DNA of 64,000 nucleotides, taken from NCBI GenBank assembly GCA_050251945.1, contig JBFWLW010000002.1, positions 192,001-256,000 on the forward strand, in the 5' to 3' direction. Positions within the stretch are counted from its first letter, which is position 1. The number at the start of each line of letters is the position of its first letter. This DNA comes from Deferribacterales bacterium (lineage in GTDB: Bacteria; Chrysiogenota; Deferribacteres; Deferribacterales; Geovibrionaceae). A program made the translations under genes and the position numbers. Positions 61,409 to 64,000 of this stretch are shown here, piece by piece. A model generated the notes under the pieces. That model did not search any database and had not been told where the DNA came from. It worked only from the letters and a program-made list of their open reading frames with translations.

Positions 61409-62458
61409 TCAGGAACCTGTGAAGTATTCCGTCACATTTGCGATGGAAATATTTTTCACAAGTTTTCCTGTCCCCGTTTTAGGAGCGATGGCAAGCGTAA
61501 GTCCCTTTTTATCGGCTTTTTTATCCGCCGTCATGGCGCCGAAAAAAACGTCTTTGTCGTGTATGTCATATGTCAGGTCAAAACCGTAAGCTTTCAGCAC
61601 GCGCCCGATATCCTCAAGCGCCTTTGCGTCTGCCAGCTTATGCTTAACAGCGTAATCAGTCTCCAGATACATGCCCGTTGCAACGGCAAAACCGTGCTTA
61701 ATCATGTGATCAGAATCCGTCTCTATGGCGTGTGCGAATGTATGTCCGAAATTAAGAAGCGCCCGTTCGCCATGCTCTTTCTCGTCTGCGCGCACGACGG
61801 ACGCTTTGAAAGAACAGCATCGTGTAACGATGTAATCGAGGGTTTCCGTGTCACGCCCGAGAATCCTGTCCTTATTTTCATAAAGGTACTCAAGGAAATC
61901 CGAATCATAGACCATGCCGTATTTTATGACCTCGGCAACACCGTTAAGATATTCCTCGTCAGTGAGAGTTTTCAGGAAATCCATATCAATATAGACGTGT
62001 TTCGGCTGTGCGAAAACGCCTACGTTGTTCTTTGCGCCTCTGAAATTTATACCGGTTTTACCGCCCACGCTGGAATCCACCATGGAAAGAAGCGTTGTCG
62101 GTATCTGGATAAAACTGATACCGCGCATATATGTCGCCGCAACAAAACCGCCGACGTCGCCTGTTATACCGCCGCCGATGAGTATCAGTCTGCCGTCTCT
62201 GCGGCATTCGCCGCGAAAGAGGAAGCCAAGGACTGCAACAACGGATTCATGTGTTTTGTTGTGTTCATCCGCACGGAAACGGTACACTCTTTCCGTTGGC
62301 ATGATATCACTGTAAAGATTGAAGACGTTGTCGTCTATCATGAAGAAATCGCTTCCCGAACTGAATCCTTTCAGCGTATCCGCTATGAAACCGCTGCCGA
62401 TAGTGATCTCATACGAATCGTCAACCTGTTTTTTCAGATCAACAAATACCTTGCCCAT
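61409..62458 (-). CDS. aroB: 3-dehydroquinate synthase
   Basis: GGGITGD, PTTLLSMVDSSVGGKT, LNFGHT. Confidence 0.96.
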   Translation of the reverse strand: MGKVFVDLKKQVDDSYEITIGSGFIADTLKGFSSGSDFFMIDDNVFNLYSDIMPTERVYRFRADEHNKTHESVVAVLGFLFRGECRRDGRLILIGGGITGDVGGFVAATYMRGISFIQIPTTLLSMVDSSVGGKTGINFRGAKNNVGVFAQPKHVYIDMDFLKTLTDEEYLNGVAEVIKYGMVYDSDFLEYLYENKDRILGRDTETLDYIVTRCCSFKASVVRADEKEHGERALLNFGHTFAHAIETDSDHMIKHGFAVATGMYLETDYAVKHKLADAKALEDIGRVLKAYGFDLTYDIHDKDVFFGAMTADKKADKKGLTLAIAPKTGTGKLVKNISIANVTEYFTGS

Positions 62459-62480
62459 GACACTCCCGTTATTTTATAAG

Positions 62481-62999
62481 CTATTTTGAAAGCTCTTCCC
62501 TGAGAACGGCTATTATCTGATCCGCCGCCTCTCTTGGTGTTATATCGGAAGTTTCGATGATATGATGAGCATTAATATAGAAAGCCGCCCTTTCAAAAAG
62601 CAGACGCTTTATCTCGTCCAGAGGTTCTGCAACCTCCAGCAGCGGACGGCAGGTATCGTCTTTTTTAAGTCTTTCGTGTATTGTTGCGGCATCCGCAATG
62701 AGTGTAAAAACAAGTCCGGAATTTTTCATAAGTTCGAGGTTGCCGCGTGTAACTACAATTCCGCCGCCTGTAGAAACTATCATACCTTTTTCTTCGGTTA
62801 TCTCGCGCAGTACGTCAGTTTCAAATTTGCGGAAATCCTCTTCGGAAGATTCTTCAAATATCTCGCCTATGCTTCTTCCGGTCATCTCTTCGACAAGCTT
62901 GTCTGTGTCGACAAACTTCATTTTAAACTCGTCAGCCAATATCTTTCCAACGGTGCTTTTGCCTGTTCCCATGAAGCCAATCAGGTAAATATTCTTCAT
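62481..62999 (-). CDS. aroK: Shikimate kinase
   Basis: LIGFMGTGKSTVG, STGGG, RPLL. Confidence 0.96.
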   Translation of the reverse strand: MKNIYLIGFMGTGKSTVGKILADEFKMKFVDTDKLVEEMTGRSIGEIFEESSEEDFRKFETDVLREITEEKGMIVSTGGGIVVTRGNLELMKNSGLVFTLIADAATIHERLKKDDTCRPLLEVAEPLDEIKRLLFERAAFYINAHHIIETSDITPREAADQIIAVLREELSK

Positions 63000-64000
63000 T
63001 TATTGCCCCTTGTCTGTGCTTTGCGTAACTATGGGTTCAACAGCCGAGCGCACACAGGGTTCAGGCAGGTTGTCGTCAGCAAATGCCTCTGTGTATGTCC
63101 GTTTTGACGTGCATGCGTCGCCGGGAAGAACGCCGCTGTAATAATCCACATCTTTTAATACAACACCCTGCGGAATATTAAAATCAATTTTTTGCCAGTC
63201 GTTCCACATTCTTTTCTGAAACGCAGTGACGATTGGTGCGGCAAGTCCGCCGCCGGTTCCCTTGTCGCCCATACTGCGGTGGTCGTCGAAACCCACCCAC
63301 GCAACAATGGCGTAAGGCGGCGCTATGGCGGCTGTCCACGCATCTTTATAATCGTCGGTGGTTCCGGTTTTTGCCGCCGTACCGGAGATAAGCCCTGCCC
63401 CGCGTGCTGTACCTATGCGTGAAACGTCCTGCATTATGCGCAGAACCTGATATGCACTGACGGGCGAAACTATCTGTTCCGGCGAACGTTTCACATAATA
63501 AAGCGGCTCGCCTTTCATGTTCCTGATACTCAGGATAAGCCCGCAGTCTTTCCGCACGCCGTAGTTTCCTATAACGGAATAAACCTGTGCAACGTTCTGC
63601 ACAGTGAGGGGGAAAATCCCCAGAGGCATAGCGAGATAAGGCTTAACGTCATAGTTCATGCCCATGAGCTTCGCAGTGTCCGCCACTTTCTGAAGCCCCG
63701 TCAGCATGGCAAGCCTTATGGTCGCGTTGTTGAGCGAGAACACAAGCCCTTTGCGCAGGGGTATCACGCCCATGTAATAATCTTCAAAGTTCGCAGGGTG
63801 ATACGGTTTTCCGTGATTCTTATATTCATACGGCTTGTCCACAATGAGCTGATTGGGACGAAAACCGTTATTGAACGCTGCAAGATAGACCATTGGTTTG
63901 AATGTGGAGCCTATCTGCCTTTTCATCTGCATGGTGCGGAAGCGGAACCTGTTGTTCGCCGCCAGAGCCTCTATGGAGCCGCTGTCCAGATTGACCACAG
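63000..64000 (-). CDS. Class A penicillin-binding protein, transpeptidase part (5' end outside the window)
   Basis: RQIGSTFK (SxxK), SLN (SxN), KTGT, WVGFDD. Confidence 0.88.
   Translation of the reverse strand, partial: VVNLDSGSIEALAANNRFRFRTMQMKRQIGSTFKPMVYLAAFNNGFRPNQLIVDKPYEYKNHGKPYHPANFEDYYMGVIPLRKGLVFSLNNATIRLAMLTGLQKVADTAKLMGMNYDVKPYLAMPLGIFPLTVQNVAQVYSVIGNYGVRKDCGLILSIRNMKGEPLYYVKRSPEQIVSPVSAYQVLRIMQDVSRIGTARGAGLISGTAAKTGTTDDYKDAWTAAIAPPYAIVAWVGFDDHRSMGDKGTGGGLAAPIVTAFQKRMWNDWQKIDFNIPQGVVLKDVDYYSGVLPGDACTSKRTYTEAFADDNLPEPCVRSAVEPIVTQSTDKGQ

Noticed and set aside
61370..62479. 369-aa plus-strand ORF
   Set aside because: Antisense shadow of aroB.

Overview
64-kb bacterial chromosome segment, mostly core genome. 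Gene content and order suggest an anaerobic diderm respirer, most likely Deferribacterota (Seleniivibrio/Geovibrio/Denitrovibrio-like); this is inference only. Left to right: (1) a minus-strand flagellar cluster (lipoprotein-flgF-flgG-flgA-flgH-flgI-flgJ-flgM-flgN-flgK-flgL, truncated) with three sigma54 sites and one sigma28 site; (2) an AT-rich ~6-kb accessory module: a MocR/GntR regulator lacking the PLP lysine, a porin-like protein, a Tat-exported Sdh/Frd-superfamily flavoprotein with a rewritten active site, and its Fe-S subunit, with no membrane anchor; (3) Zur/Fur + ZnuA, a radical SAM gene, a two-gene group-1 [NiFe] hydrogenase, aldehyde dehydrogenase + DUF779; (4) aminotransferase-hisZ-purA, four CCA-less tRNAs and an AbrB-Doc toxin-antitoxin pair; (5) napMADGH + Crp/Fnr; (6) an HxlR divergon and a long housekeeping run (lolC/E, guaA, guaB, split NAD synthetase, moaC, ychF, hppA, pth, prs, ispE, accBC, efp, aroQ, aroB, aroK, PBP1A). 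Intergenic DNA carries three interleaved palindromic repeat systems. One is a ~140-bp terminal-inverted-repeat element, present three times, that sits between duplicated 20-23-bp hairpins and carries a mosaic REP doublet. The flavoprotein module and these nested repeats are the best candidates for undescribed biology. No CRISPR, rRNA, transposase or integrase was seen.
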